Origin: Mobula hypostoma | Taxonomy: Eukaryota | Length of the DNA: 64,000 nt | Assembly (NCBI RefSeq): GCF_963921235.1 | Contig: NC_086097.1 | Location: 185,072,001 to 185,136,000, forward strand | Direction of reading: 5' to 3' | Shown: piece by piece, positions 48,615 through 63,044 of the stretch | Layout: each line of letters opens with the position of its first letter | How positions within the stretch are numbered: position 1 is the stretch's first letter | Position numbers and translations under genes: made by a program | Notes under the pieces: generated by a model | The model's database searches: none | The model's input: the letters and a program-made list of their open reading frames with translations, nothing else | Told to the model about the DNA's origin: nothing

Positions 48615-50160
48615 CAAATAATAAAGGACTCAGCACCATCCCTGTGGCACACATTATGTCACAGGCCTCCAGTCAGAGAGGCCAACCTCTACCTCTCTTG
48701 CTTCTCCCAAAGTCAATTTCTAATCCAATTTACCAGCTCTTCCTGAATGCCGAGCAACTGACCTTCTTGTCAAGACTCCTATGCAGGACCTTGTTAAATG
48801 CCTTACTAAAGTCCATGTAGACAACATCCACTGCCTTGCCTTCATCTACTTTCTTGCTAACTTTCTCAAATTACTCTATAAGATTGCTTAGACTTGACCT
48901 ACCATGCATGAAGCCATACTGATTATAGTTAATCAGTCCATGTCTATCTAAATATATATTTGGTCCCTTATAATGCCTTCCAATAATTTTCCCACAACTG
49001 GTGCCAGACTCACTGGACTATAACTTCCTTGTTTCTGGTTAGAGCCAATTTTAAACAGCAGAACAATTTTGGCTATCCTCCAATGCTCTGGTACTTTTCC
49101 TGTTGCTAAGGATATTTTAAATATCTCTGCTAGGGCCCTGGCAGTTTCTGCACTTGCCTCCCATAGAGTCCAAGGGAACACCTTGTCAGACCCTGGGGAT
49201 TTATACACCCTGATTTGCCTCAGGGTAGCAAACACCACCTCCTCCTCTGTAATCTGTACAGAATCCATGATGTTGATGCTGCTTTGCCTCACTTCTATAG
49301 ACTCTGTATCCATCTCCTGAGTAAATACAGATGCAAAGAATGTATTTAAGATCTCCACCATCTGTTTTGGCTCCACACATGAATTACCATTTTGATCTTC
49401 CAGGGAATCAATTTTGTCACTTGCAATCCTTTTGCTCTTAACATACCTGTAGAATCCTTTAGGACTCTCCTTTACCTTGTCTGCTAGATCAACTTTCTGC
49501 CTTCTTTTAGCCTTCATCATTTCTTTCTTAGTGTTTTCTTGTATTTCTTGAATTCCATAAGCATTTATTCCTATTTGCTATGAAGCTCCTTTTTGCTCTT
49601 AACCAGGGCCTCAATATCTCTTGAAAACCAAGGTTCCCTATACTTGTTATCTTTACCTTTTATTCTGACAGGCACGTACAAGCTTTGAACTCTCAAAAAA
49701 AAAAATTTAAGGCCTCCCACTTTGTACTCCCGAAATTTCACTTTTGATAGCCTCCCACTTACCAAGTACACCTTTGCCAGAAAACAACCTGTCCCAATCC
49801 ACACTTCCAAAATCCCTTCTGATACCTTCAAAATTGACCTTTCTCCAATCTAGAATCTCAACCCACAGACCAGACCTATCTTTTTCTATAAATACTTTGA
49901 AACTAATGGCATTGTGATCAATAGATGCAAAGAGTTCCCCTCCACAAACTTCTGTCACCTGACTGTCTCATTGCCTAATAGCAGATCCAGTATCGCACGC
50001 TTTCTCATTGGGGCTTCTACATACTGCTGGAGGAAACTTTTCTGAACACATTTGACAAATTCTATCCCATCTAGTCCTTTTACAGTATTGGATTCACAGT
50101 CAATATGTGGAAAATTAAAATCACCTACTATAAAAACCTTATGTTTCTTGCAGTAGTCTG
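48615..50160 (-). mobile_element. CR1 LINE ORF2 fragment, same subfamily as 33278-35155
   Basis: Minus peptides LADKVKESPKGFYRYVKSKR, FFASVFTQE, SIDHNAISF; closely parallels the 33-35 kb copy. Confidence 0.92.
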
Positions 50161-50319
50161 TGATTCATGAGGCATTGATCTGCTTCTTTTTCCACAGAAG
50201 CGACATGGCCTGCTGAGTGTTTCCAATATCTTCTGCTTTTGTTTGAGATTACCTTATCCTTGACCTGTTGCACCAAAGGCCTGAAGGATAGCAGATGTAT
50301 GTGAATTATACCATCTGGA

Positions 50320-51025
50320 AGTTCAACGTTCAAAGTACACATATCAAAGTATGAATGAATTGTGCAACCTTGAAATCTGTCTGTTTACAGGCAGCCACAT
50401 AACAATAAACCCAAAAGAACCCAATTAAAAAGGATGAGCAACACCCAATACGCAGAAAGAAAATAAAACACAAATCGATCAAACAATGAATGAAGGCAAG
50501 CAACAGCATTCAGAACAAAGTGAGTCCATAGCCCTAAAGCCCAGAGCAAGCTGATAGCCTCAGCATCAGTTCATCACACAGTGGGGCAAAATCATAGCGA
50601 AGCTCGCAGACACAAAACCCGAAACAGCCATTGCAGGACACCGCTTCAGTGCTGTGAAGAGCAAGCAGAATTTGCCTGCCCAACACCTCTGGTCTTTGCC
50701 ACCTGGCCTTTTCAATCCACCTAGCCTGGAGATTAAATTGTCTAAGCACCGGTTCGACCCTCATACGCAGACCCAGGCCCTGCGGCAGCCGTATGCTCTG
50801 GTCCTTGGCCCCACCACCACAGTCCGGCCTGTACCCACTTTTTTAAAATCGGCCTGGTACTTAGATCAATCCAACCTCACTCTCGATTTATGAGGATGGG
50901 CTCCAAAGCTCCTCTGCTCTGACTTTTCACCACTTTGCTCGGTCCAACTCCATCTCGACCTCACTCCAACTCCATCTCGATATGCCTCGACCTCACTCCA
51001 ACTCCATCTCGCACAGATGCCCATT
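50320..51025 (-). mobile_element. Non-autonomous element with a Rex-type tail and an internal ~22-bp tandem repeat (50941-51011)
   Basis: aagttcaacgttcaaagt tail; repeated ctcgacctcactccaactccat. Confidence 0.5.
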
Positions 51026-51029
51026 CCAA

Positions 51030-51845
51030 GCCATGAGCTAGAATTTAACTGGTTTTTCTGATCTTACATTATTGCTGGTTCTAACCCTGGAACTCCCCAC
51101 CCTACAGCATTGTGAAAATACGTCCATTAGAAGGACAACAGTGATTCAAAAAAGGGTTTGTTGCCACATTCTGCAGAGTAATTGGGAGTGGTCATTATAT
51201 ATAGGCCTTCCCAGGGACACACATATTAGATAACTGCATCAACAGAAGTCACATAAACATTAAAACTAGAAGCAGTAGCCACACAAACCCTTGGATATAT
51301 TTTGCCATTTGGTCCATAAACCATAGCTTCTGTAGTGTCTCATTCACTTTCCAGTCTATTCCCAATATTCTTTGATTTATTCGCTATACAAACACCCATC
51401 ATACTCTACCTTGAATATCGTAATGACAAGTTGCCTAAAGTTGAGTGCTCCAAATCTTCAGGTTACAATCTCAAAATCTGGAGTTAGCCATTTGAAGAAA
51501 TGTCTTCACCCAGAAAGCAGTGAATGGAGAATTTGGAATTCTTGAAGAGGACACGGAGGCTCAGCCACTGAGTATATTCACGGCAGAGATCAATTGAAAG
51601 TTGGATCTTAGGATCATGGGATTAGTTCCAGACAGTGACTCTAAGGCAAAAGATTAGTCACAATCGGTCAAATTGTTTTTCTTGCTTCTATTTTGATATG
51701 AAGGACATTTAAATGTGCTAATGGTTTGGAGCATTCAGAGGGATATGGACCAAATGCAGCCAAATGGGACTAGCTCAGGAAGGAACCTTGGTTGACACGG
51801 ACAAATTGGGTGGAAGGTCCTGTCTCCGGGTCTGTGATTCTGCAT
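51030..51845. mobile_element. Cluster of old CR1 3' fragments
   Basis: ctggaactccc, ttcacccagaaagcagtgaat, gagggatatggaccaaatgcagc motifs. Confidence 0.55.
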
Positions 51846-54800
51846 GTTACAATGAATCCTACACTGTTTCCAAGGGAATTGTATCTTTTTTCAGTGCAGA
51901 GACTAAAATTCCATAAATACAATAAGCCTGGTGTCAGCAAGTGCTAAAGAATTTCAGCAAGATGTTCTTTTTACTTTTGTACCCTGAACCTATTGTAACT
52001 CTAATCTTAACAGCATATGTTTGCCAGAGTTTGGAAGGATAGCATTGCAAATGGGGAGAAACGTAGGCATCTTTTAAAAATAAAAATTTGATTTTGTCAT
52101 TGTTCTGTTATTCAAATATTAACCACAGTTGGTTAAAAGTAGTACAGTTTTGCAAAGGCATAGTAGTATGTTTGGTTTAAAAAAGGTGGTTCATGAGTTA
52201 CCATTTGATGAATCTATCAATGGAGTTTTTGGGACAAAAAGACCATTTGGCCAGTTACTTATGGCCCAGTATTCTCTCTCGTTTCAGCTGCAGCTGTCTA
52301 CCTTATATATTTATCCCTCTTTAATTGTTTTCATTTTTCATGTCATTTTCAAACACCTTCAAATTATTTAAATTGACTGAGTAAAATCAAAGCTTCCCCT
52401 GTTCTGTCACTGTAAACGGGCTGGAATTGTCCAGGGATTTCCTTTTGCACAAGGTTTTTTGCTATTCTATCAGTTAAGTAATTGCAGCAGAATGGCACCT
52501 CTGTCTCAATAGTCACCTGTGGCAGGTATCTCCATCAACATCAAGGTACACCTATTACCTAAGCAAAAAAAAACAAAAGGTAAAGTGACGGAAGCAAATA
52601 ATTTTAAAAATATTTTAACAGGTCGGAACTGCTGATATTTAAATGTTGTCTAGAGTCCCTAAATAGGCATTGGCATATTCTCATGCTATTTTCTGGATAC
52701 GAAGTTATGCAAATATAAGTATTGCAGAGGCAAATAAACCAGGCGTAAGGATTCCAAACCCCTCTTAGCCCAATAAGCAGACACTGAACCTTCAATTTAT
52801 GACTGACCCTGAAGAATAATAGTCTTATGTATGCTAATATATCACCTTATTGCTTCTTTTGAATGACAACTATTGGATTTATTAATCTGAACGAGTTTCC
52901 ATTTGTAATTCTCCTACAGAGGCAATAACAGAGCAAATTAATTCAGCAAATACTGATTTTTTTCTGTTCAATTTACATTTCTGAAGATTTCTTTGCTTGT
53001 CCCATGAGCATACCGAGAAAATGTAACAACCTTAAAAGGATGTTCTGCTTACCCTCTCTTGTGTCTGGTTTAATATGCTCAGATGGTACAAAGGTTTTTG
53101 CTGTGTAAATCTTGCTTTGAAATAATAAACTACTTCTTTATTGGTGACATTACAAAGATAATATCATGAAACAACCAGAACCCGCTTGTGGCTACTAGAA
53201 ATATTTGAGATAAGTTGCTTCTATTTATATGCACTTCAATCAACTGCTTTTTCCTTTTAAGATGAAATTGAACAACACTTTCTATTCCTAAATGATATTT
53301 TATCAGTTTAGAAAGTACTTTCTTGCTTTAGTTTACAGATTCTAAATCCCTAAAGCTTTCTGCTGACTGACAAAATTTATAATGAGATTATGAACAACAA
53401 GTCATCAACACCCTATCACCCAGCACCATAATTCCAGTGGTTTCCATCTTTAAATTATATTCTATCCACACCTTTGGACATCTGTGATTCTATTACCGTC
53501 CTTCAAATCAAATAAATACATCACCAGCTGGTGCATTTAAACCCTGTAGCTCAATTTTTCCTTCAGTTGACATGGTAACAATTGTGAAGCCATCTCTTGA
53601 TAATACCCTTAATTGATAGTATAAATTATTTCTGAGATATTTGATTGCAAAATGATGTACTGAAGCTATTTAGTGATCCCAGATCAGCCTTTTTTAGATA
53701 TGAAATTGCAACAGAGCTTGCAATGCATTTCAGGCAGTCTTTGTAACACGAATTGTAATGACTAGGTGCAGTGCTTCCTGAAAGGTTGTGTTTTAGCATG
53801 AAAAGCATCAGGCTACTTACATTCATGTGAAGTGAGGATTGGTACATGATTATAATGGTTCTGATGCTTTTCTCTGCATGTGATGTAAAGATTTGTGCAC
53901 TTAGGTCTGCATGCCACTACATTCCATTAGATAACAATCTTTATTCTCTTGTTGTGCTGATTGTTACGAACCGTTTATGTGAAGCAATGGAACTATCTCT
54001 TTGATGTGGGGAAATTAAATAAAAATCTGCCCATTGGACAGTGTAGATGGTGCTTCTAAAATCTCAAACATTAAGTCAATTCAGGAATATATTAAGAGCC
54101 AATGCAGAGGCCTCAGACAAAATGAGCAGTCAGCATGCTGGCTTAAATGTTGATACACAGGTTATGATCAATTGTAGTACAGCACTAAACACCATTCCAA
54201 AACTGGGTAATTATTGCTGAGTACTTGGAATTTTGCCAGCATAACATTCAAAATGATTCTAAAAGTGGACATTTTCTAGGCTCTTATAACACATGCTCAG
54301 AGCTGAGATGATCCACAACTCTCTGTGATTAATACAGTTTCACCTCACAACATGAAAATTGTAACTTAAGTCCGACTAAAGACAGTAACACAGGAATGTA
54401 GATTTCAGAGCTAAAATAATTATCAACTGATAGTATATGATGTGTTACAATGAGGAGATTTAAAGTAAAAAAACATTTGCATCCTGGCAGAACTCCAAAT
54501 TCTCCACCATAATTTTAAGGTGTTAGAATGATAGGCATTGCAATTAACTTACCATTTCCTTTGCTTTCTAATTGCCTGTAACTCAAGGCCTGTAACTTAA
54601 TTTCATTAGTGATCTATCTTTCTGGTCTAGGAAAATAAATCATAAATGTGTGGAATACGACGTCTGACTTTCAATGAAAGATACCAGGTAAATTAGGAAA
54701 CTTGACGGCTTATATAATCTGTCCAAGATTCTTCAGCAGATAAAGTTGTTAATGACTGTAAAGTATGTTTTTCTTTTACTGTTGCTGACAGATGATGTGG

Positions 54801-55199
54801 CTGACATTTTAATTATGGAGGGAACGTCACTTTCGAACGCTGAAAGGGCAGGAGAAGATGGACCTGATGGTAGCAGAAATTACAGGGAAATTTGATTCAG
54901 CATCAAGTTTGCTGAATTTGATTTCAGCCAATCACATTGATTTTCTGAATGTGGAGGCTAGTTGAGTGTAAAGCCAGACAAGGGAAACTATCTTTGCTCT
55001 AGGTGGAAAGAGAAATACAGGAGGTGAAACAAATATACTTAGGGGCCTATAGTGGTCATTAATCTATCTTCTGAGATGGAGATAGAGAAGTTGAAGAAGG
55101 AAGAGAAGAGACCATGTGAAAGGGGGAGCTGGGTGGAAGTTGTTTAAGAGATTAAAGAAAAAGATTAAATCACATACATTTCTATGAAAGTGCAATTTA

Positions 55200-55780
55200 T
55201 AGATTCAAGATTGTTTAATGACATTTCCAGTACATAAGTGTAAAGGAGAATGAAATAATTTTTACTTTGAATCCGATGCAGCACAAAATAACACAATAAG
55301 ATAAAGAACACAATAATAAAGAAACAATAATTTTTAATACATAAGATAGCTTATATACGCAGATTCATACATGACCTTAGGCACAGGAGTGTCTGCACGT
55401 AAGGTGATTGTTAGGAGATGATTGGGTTGGGAGCCTGGAGGAGTGGTTTAATGGATGGAGGTGTTGATCCACCTCACTGCTTGGAGTAAGTAACTGTTTT
55501 TGTGTCTGGCAGTCGTGGCATTGATGCTACGCCTTGATGAAAGTGGGACAAACAGTCCATGAGCAGAATGGGTGGGATCCTTTATGATATTGCTGGCCTT
55601 TTTCTGGCACCTTTCTGTATAGATGTCCTTGATGAAGGGTAGGCTGCTGCTGTTGATGGGTTGGAAACTTTTGACTACCCATTGTAGAGCCGTCATATCT
55701 GCCGCAGAGCAATTTCCGTACCATGCAGTGATACAGCATGCTAGGGTGCTCTCCACTGTGTACCTGTAGAAGGTCATGAG
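55200..55780 (-). mobile_element. Rex1/Babar 3' fragment
   Basis: Minus peptide TFYRYTVESTLACCITAWYGNCS...ASNIIKDPTHSAHGLFVPL; agattcaagatt tail. Confidence 0.88.
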
Positions 55781-56587
55781 TATTGGATATATATAGGAAG
55801 GTTATTAAACTGTTGATCAATTTTGTAACGTTTGGCATCAACTGTCATAAGATAGACGAATCCACTTGTGCTTAATTGAGGTGTTAGGCTTTGTGTGCTT
55901 GAAATCACTGCAGCTTCAGATTGTATCTAGGGTCATAAAAGAAGTTAAATATGTTTTTTCTGATTATTGCTACATTTCTGCCAGATAAAATAACACGTAT
56001 AACATCACAGTAAATTCCTCTCACCTATCTGTCAATTATATGAGTCTTTCCATGTCCTCTAAAAATCGCTATCATTCTCTTCATCTCTGGATTCCTCTAA
56101 ATTCCTTCTCTGAATTTTGTACTTGTGTACATGAAGGTAATCCCTGTATACACACCCAAGCCAACAATATATATAAAAGAAAATATTATTTCAAACACCA
56201 TCACTTATTAGTTTACAATTTTCAAATAGTGTGTCTGTGGGGAAGAAGACTGTTGTGGAGGAACCAATATCCATTGCTGTAATTGTCTCCTTCCTGTTTC
56301 AAAGTAAATTTACTATCAAAGTATATGCATGTCACCATGACCCTGAGATTTATTTTCTTGCGGACATACTCAGTAAATCCATCATAGAATAACAACCATA
56401 ATAGAATCGATGTTTCTATATTTTCAGCACATTTTCTCCAATGAAGACAGATACAAGTACATTTAGCCTCTTACCTATGCCATCTTCTACAAGTCCTCCT
56501 TCCTTTTAAGATATTAATTGGCTCTTGGCTTCACTTGATTGCTCTTCTACGAGTTATATGCTTATAAATGACTTGAGCTTCTGTGGT

Positions 56588-56985
56588 ATAGAACATAGAA
56601 AAGTACAGCACAGTACAGGCCCTTCGGCCCACAATGTTGTGCTGACCTTTAAACCCTGCCTCCCATATAAGCCCCCACCTTGAACTCCTCCATATACTTG
56701 TCTAGTAGTCTCTTAAACTTCACTAGTGTATCTGCCTCCACCACTGACTCAGGCAGTGCATTCCACGCACCAACCACTCTCTGAGTAAAAAACCTTCCTC
56801 TAATATCCCCCTTGAACTTCCCACCCCTTACCTTAAAGCCATGTCCTCTTGTATTGAGCAGTGGTGCCCTGGGGAAGAGGCGCTGGCTATCCACTCTATC
56901 TATTCCTCTTATTATCTTGTACACCTCTATCATGTCTCCTCTCATCCTCCTTCTCTCCAAAGAGTAAAGCCCTAGCTCCCTTAAT
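56588..56985 (-). mobile_element. CR1 3' end, well preserved
   Basis: Minus peptide ERRRMRGDMIEVYKIIRGIDRV...FFTQRVVGAWNALP; atagaacatagaa tail. Confidence 0.92.
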
Positions 56986-59049
56986 TTCCATATATTTTCT
57001 GAAATATTATCCTCAAATACTCTTTCAACTCTTCCATATATTTTAGAACTTTATATTTGCTCTATTTAGAATGTTTGTCAATTCTAATATGAACCTTACA
57101 ATAAGATATCTAAATTTTACTTAATTCTACTCATTTGAAAAAAAATACTTCCTCATTGTGATGGGGGTGTTTATGATGGTTTCTTAATTTCAGACCTTGA
57201 AAGTTCTACTAAGTGTTTCAGCAACAAACCTGTTTTTTTATTTTTCCTAAGTGGGCAATACTAAGTCATTCTATCAGAGTCATTTGCATGCATTAAATGC
57301 ATTATTAATTCATAACAAATTGTGATAACCTTCCTTAGAGAATTTGTTTTCTTTACCTACCTGTTCATTACAATCTAAGTCTGAAGTGAGATCCTCACAA
57401 CATCTCTCTGATTAGGAAGAATGCAAGATTATACAAAGCTGACTGTCAGAGCAGACTTATTTATTAACCAGATCACTGGACCAGTGACTTTCCTAAATAT
57501 GCAGGTACCTCATGTACTTTGCAGACACCATGAGGAACCTGTAAAAGTAGTGAAGTTATGGTTTGACTGAGGCTAAGAAAGGTAATGATCACTTTGAATA
57601 TTATAATGGTTTTCAATCAATGCACAAGAACACTTCATCACTCATTATCACCGGCACTGAGAAGTCCCAGGCAATTTGGATACTGACAAATGCAGGAATA
57701 TCCTTGTCATTACCCTTTTTTTTGTGCTTCTTGGCAATTTCTCTTGTAACCAGAGGTTGCTTCCAAGGTATAAAAGATGATCAAGGGCTTATTGAGATTG
57801 ATTTGAAATTGCAGTAGCTTCTTATTTTGCCTTTTCTTTAACTTTCTCACTGGTACTGTGAGCATTGATGAAACCTTTAATCATCCTGAACTTCTCATGA
57901 TTTACTCTCATCGTTTTCATTTGTTAAAATTACCTGGGCTGCATTGCCATTATTTGCAATTAGTGCTGTAAATTTAAAGGTTCTTGGAGAATTCAGCACA
58001 AGTTTTTCAATTGCAGAGTCTTTCTACACTATTCAGGATAAGCACAATAAAGGAGGGGGGAGTTCCAGTAAGTCCATCCAGTGCTGAAGAAAGACAACAA
58101 ATCTGAAACATCAGGGAATAGATTGCTGATTAAAGCCCATAACTCCTTGCAGAGGCAGTGGCCAGTTGCACATGCACATCAGTGATCTTCAGATATTGAG
58201 GTTTGTTAGGGGTTGATCTGCTTGCTTCATTCAGGAGAATTTTGTCTATTGAATGCAGTTTTGAATTTGGAGTCTGTGGTTATGTCTTTTAGCCTTTCCA
58301 TTTTATTGGCAGTTTTGGCTAATCCATTGAGGGTCCAGTATGAAAGGGAGGAGCAATTGGGGAAGCAAATGGAAGAGGGACAAAGAGCAAGTCTTCAGAG
58401 AGCCAGTCTCTTAAATACACCTGATTTGGAAGCAATGCTGTATGAAATACGACACCTCTAAAAAGGTAACAACTGAGACCTGACACAGCCTTTAGGCAGC
58501 GGAGCTGCTGTGGAGTTGGGCCTGGATGCCCCCACCAGTGGATGTGGATGTAATCTAACATTAAACACAGAACAGTACAGCACAGGAACAGGCTCATCAC
58601 CTCACAATGTGCTGGACAGGAGGCCAAATCAAACTTAATCTCTCTGCCTGCCAAAACTACTCCGAGAACAAAAAAACTGGTAATAGTGTCATTTTTTGGC
58701 TAAGTGTCACTCACAGTAGTGCCAAGGACATCTGTAATGCCTTCTTATCTACCTAACCACCAGTACACCCATGAGGGAATTGGTACTCCCTTGTTTTGAG
58801 AGGTGAATTAGAAAGCTTTGTCCTATCGACTCTATGCCCTTTGGAGAGCTTTCCTGTCATCTTCTCCTGTGCTGCTGTGTTTGATCACTAATATTATCCC
58901 AGAGTCTATTTCTTCAAACCTGGTCTAGACTGCAGTGCTGCTGTTATAATGCTAAATGGTTTTGTAATTTGTCCAATTCATTTAGTAATTGTTTGATTCA
59001 TTTCAGAAATTTAGTGATTAGCAATAACCCAGTGGAAGGCATATTAACT

Positions 59050-59450
59050 TACAAATTAGGGACACGATTAGGCCATATGGCTTTTCAAGACTGCTCTGTC
59101 ATTTAAAAATATCATGGTTGATCTGATTGTAACCTTGACTTCTCAGTTCTGCCCAACCATGGTAACCTTTCAACCCCTTGCTTATCATGTATTTTTCTAC
59201 CTCTTACTTATAAATACCCAAAGACTTTGTTTCCACTGATCTTTGAGGAAGTGATCATTCACTTTCCCATACTGCACTGCATTTTCCAGATCTTTGCCCA
59301 GTAATCTCAACAATCTATCTCCTATCGTCTTCCCCGTGACTTACTATTCAACCTCGGTTTACATCATCAGCAAATTTAGCAACTCCACCTTCAGTGCCTT
59401 CGCACAAATCATTTATATAAATTGTAACACCCCAGTACAAGTCTCTGAGA
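59050..59450 (-). mobile_element. Old CR1 fragment
   Basis: CR1-like tail; catcatcagcaaattt (antisense KFADD). Confidence 0.6.
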
Positions 59451-59759
59451 TACATTAATTGAGACAGATTCTTTATTTAAACTCAGATATCTGATATATT
59501 AAAATGGCTAACTCTGGTGTGGGGCCTCTTTTGCAGAGGACAACTGTTGTAAATATATATTTTTCAAACTTCAAAGATTCCATATGGATTTCTCTGAGAA
59601 ATTCTGTTTTGAAATTTCACCCATTTTGCACCATGAGCACAGAATAGGAATGAGATGATTTAACCCATACCAATTCTAATTAAGACCATTTCACTTGTTG
59701 CACTCTGATTCCCCCCTCCCCTCATGCCTGTAAGTTCTTTCCTTTCAGATTCTTACCCA

Positions 59760-60195
59760 GCTCCTTTTTGATCACTTCAGTTAAATCTGACACCACTACT
59801 TCACCTGGCAGTGCATTCCAGACCCTAAACACTTATTGTTCACAAAGGTTTCTCCTCGCATAATCTTTCATTCCTTTTCTAATGACTTTTATATTCTGCC
59901 TCCCAATAGTTTGTCTTTCCACCAGTGGGAACTATTTCGCTCTTATCATTATATATCTGTTCTGTGCCATAGAGAAAAATCCAGTTTCTCCAATGCATCT
60001 ACAAAAATAAGGCACCTCACCATTTTCATAAATCTCCCTTGCTCCATCATAAAGGTGTTTGCGCCTTCCTTAAAAATATGGCATTTGGAGAATTGCAGTT
60101 GTGAATGAACTACTCCTTTATTAAGATTCTTTGTGACTTCCTTGTTTTTATGCCCTTTACCTTTATTTATAAAGAATAGGATCCTGAGTATTCCT
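59760..60195 (-). mobile_element. Old CR1 fragment
   Basis: cctggcagtgcattccagacc; degenerate RT C-terminus peptide (ORF 59949-60203). Confidence 0.55.
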
Positions 60196-60197
60196 AA

Positions 60198-60980
60198 AAA
60201 CATAAGAACACAAGAAATAGGAATAGGAGTAGGCCATCTGGCCTATCAAGTCTGCTCCGCCATTCAATAAGATCATGGGTGATATGACCAAGGATTCATC
60301 TCCACCTACTTGCCTTTTCCCCATAACCTTTAATTCCCCTACGATGCAAAAATATATTCAACCTTGTCTTAAATATATTTACTGATGTAGCCTCTGCTGC
60401 TTCATTGGGCAGAGAATTCCACAGATTCACCACTCTCTGGGAAACGCAGTTCCTCCTCATCTCCATCCTAAATCTATTCCCCCGAATTTTGAGGCTCTGT
60501 CCCCTACTTCTAGTCTCAGCTACCAGTGGAAATAATTTTCCTGCCTCTATCTTGTCTTTCCCTGTCATAATTTTATACATTTCTATAAGATCTCCTCTCA
60601 TTCTTCTGAATTCCAGTGAGTACAGCCCCAGGTGACTCAATCTCTCCTCATAGTCTAACCCCCTCATCTCCGGAATCAACCTGGTGAACTCCTCTGCAGC
60701 ACCTCCAAAGCCAGTATATCCTTCCTCAAGTAAGGAGACTAGAACTGCACACAGCAGTGCGTTGTGGCCTCACCAGTACCCTGAACACTTGCAGGATAAA
60801 CTCCCTGATCTTAAATTCAATCCCTCTAGCAATGAAGGCCAACATCCCATTTGCTTTCTTGATAGCCTGCTGCACCTGCAAACCAACCTTTTGTGATTCA
60901 TGCAAAAGCACTCCCAAGTCCTCCTGAACAGCAGCATGCTGTAATCTTTTAACAATTAAATAATAATCTGATCCTCTATT
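60198..60980 (-). mobile_element. CR1 3' portion, same subfamily as 431-1512
   Basis: IPEMRGLDYEERLSHLGLYSLEFRRMRGDLIEMYK; aacataagaacacaagaa tail. Confidence 0.92.
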
Positions 60981-61855
60981 CAAGCAAAGCCCAAATCTTT
61001 CAGTTTTTTTACTCATTTTACTACATTACACTCTAGTTTATATTGTTTCTTCTTATCCATCTCAGCAACATTAATCACTTCGTGTTTCTCAAAATTAAAT
61101 TTCACTTGCCCATTCCACCACCCTCTCTATATCTGCCTGCTGTTCATTACCATCCATTTGGCTACAGCAAGATCACTGCTCTTCTCATAATCCTATGTTT
61201 GTCTTCTATTCAAATTTCTGCCTTGGTTCACTTCAGTTGATTGTCAATCTGACTATTTGCCTATATTTCAGTCGCAATAAGTGGGAACGTCTTCCCCAAT
61301 TGCACTTCAATTTTGCAGTGTACATCACTGGCCTTGATTCATGCAACTGCTCATCGCAAATTCTCTATTCTAGAAGAAAATTAGTGCCTTCGATAAATTT
61401 TTGAACTTTTTCCCATTATCCAGATTCACAACAGGCATTAAGAAACTAAGACCATCTGTTCCATTTTCCAGTTGGAAATCAGTGCTAAGAGCTGTGTACC
61501 ATCTTCAACTGATTCCTTGTAGTCATCATAATCGACTGTTTTGAATATCTGAGCCATCAGTTCATTGTGTTTTGACATGGTGCTCCTAACCAATCCCATT
61601 TTTCCCTCATTTTGCCTTCTTTTGCAGTCCATGCATGTGATTTTATATAGTTTTATACCATATTTGTACCTTGAATCATTCTTTCAGTCACACCCTCTGC
61701 TGGAGTTTTTTATTTGATATTCCTAGACAATCTCCTCCCTTCATTTTCTTCAGCCACATCAGAATCTGAATCAGATCCTCATTTATTATCACTGACTTCT
61801 ATGATGTGTAATTTGTTGTTTTGCTGCAGCAGTATAATACAAAGGCATAAAATTG

Positions 61856-63043
61856 GAAACATAGAAACATAGAAAACCTACAGCACAATGTAGGCCCTTT
61901 GGCCCACAATGCTGTGCCAAACATGTACTTACTTTAGAAATTATCTAAGGTTACCCATAGCCCTCTGTTTTTCTAAGCACCATGTACCTATCCTGCAGTC
62001 TCCTAAAAGACCCTATTGTATCCATCGCCGGTAGCCCATTCCATGCACTCACCGCTCTCTGTGTAAAAAGCTTAGCTCTGACATCCCCTTTGTACTGTAC
62101 CTACTTTCAAGCACCTTAAAAATATGCCCTCTCATGTTAGCCATTTCAGCCCTGGGGAAAAGCCTCCGACTATTCACACGATCAATGCCTCTGATCATCT
62201 TTTACACCTCTATTAGGTCACCTCTCATCCTCCGTCGCTCCAAGGAGAAAAGGCCAAGTTCACTAAACCTACTCTCGTAAGGCAAGCTCCCCAAAGCAGG
62301 CAACATCTTTGGACAAAATAAATCTCTTCTATAGTTTCCACATCCTTCCTGTAGTGAGGTGACCAGAACTGAGCACAGTACTCCAAGTGGGGTCTGACCA
62401 GGGTCCTATATAGCTGTAACATTACCTCTCAGCTCTTAAACTCAGTTGATGAAGGCCAATACACAGTATGCCTTCTTAACCACACTGTCAACCTACGCAG
62501 CAGCCTTGAGTATGGACTTGGACCCCAAGATCCCTCTGATTTTCCACATTGTCAAGAGTCTTACCATTAATACTATATCCTGCCATCATATTTGACCTCC
62601 CAAAATGAACCACCTCACACTTATCTGGGTTGAACTCCATCTGCCACTTCTCAGCCCAGTTTTGCATTCTACCAATGTCCCACTATAACCTCTGACAGCC
62701 CTCCACATGAGACACAACACCCCCAACCCTTGTGTCATCAGCAAATTTACTAATCCATCCCCCCACTTCCTCATCCAGGTCATTTATAAAAATCATGAAG
62801 GGAAGGGGTCCCAGAACAGATCCCTGAGGCACACCACTGGTCACCGCACCGACCTCCATGCAGAATATGACCTGTCCACAACCACTCTTTGTCTTCTGTG
62901 GGCAAGCCGATTCTGGATCCACAAAGCAAGGTCCCCTTGGATCCCATGCCTCCATAATTTCTCAATAAGCCTTGCATGGGGTACCTCATCAAATGCCTTG
63001 CTGAAATCCATATACACGACATCGACAGATCTACCTTCATCAA
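61856..63043 (-). mobile_element. CR1 RT + 3' UTR
   Basis: [25 protein letters not shown]...[30 protein letters not shown]; (aaacatag)2 tail. Confidence 0.93.
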
Positions 63044-63044
63044 T

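Noticed and set aside
33278..50160. Large inverted similarity (33-35 kb vs 48.6-50.1 kb) as one composite element
   Set aside because: Explained by two independent, diverged CR1 copies of one subfamily with different endpoints
50941..51011. Short direct repeats as a CRISPR-like array
   Set aside because: Simple tandem duplication without unique spacers, in eukaryotic repeat context
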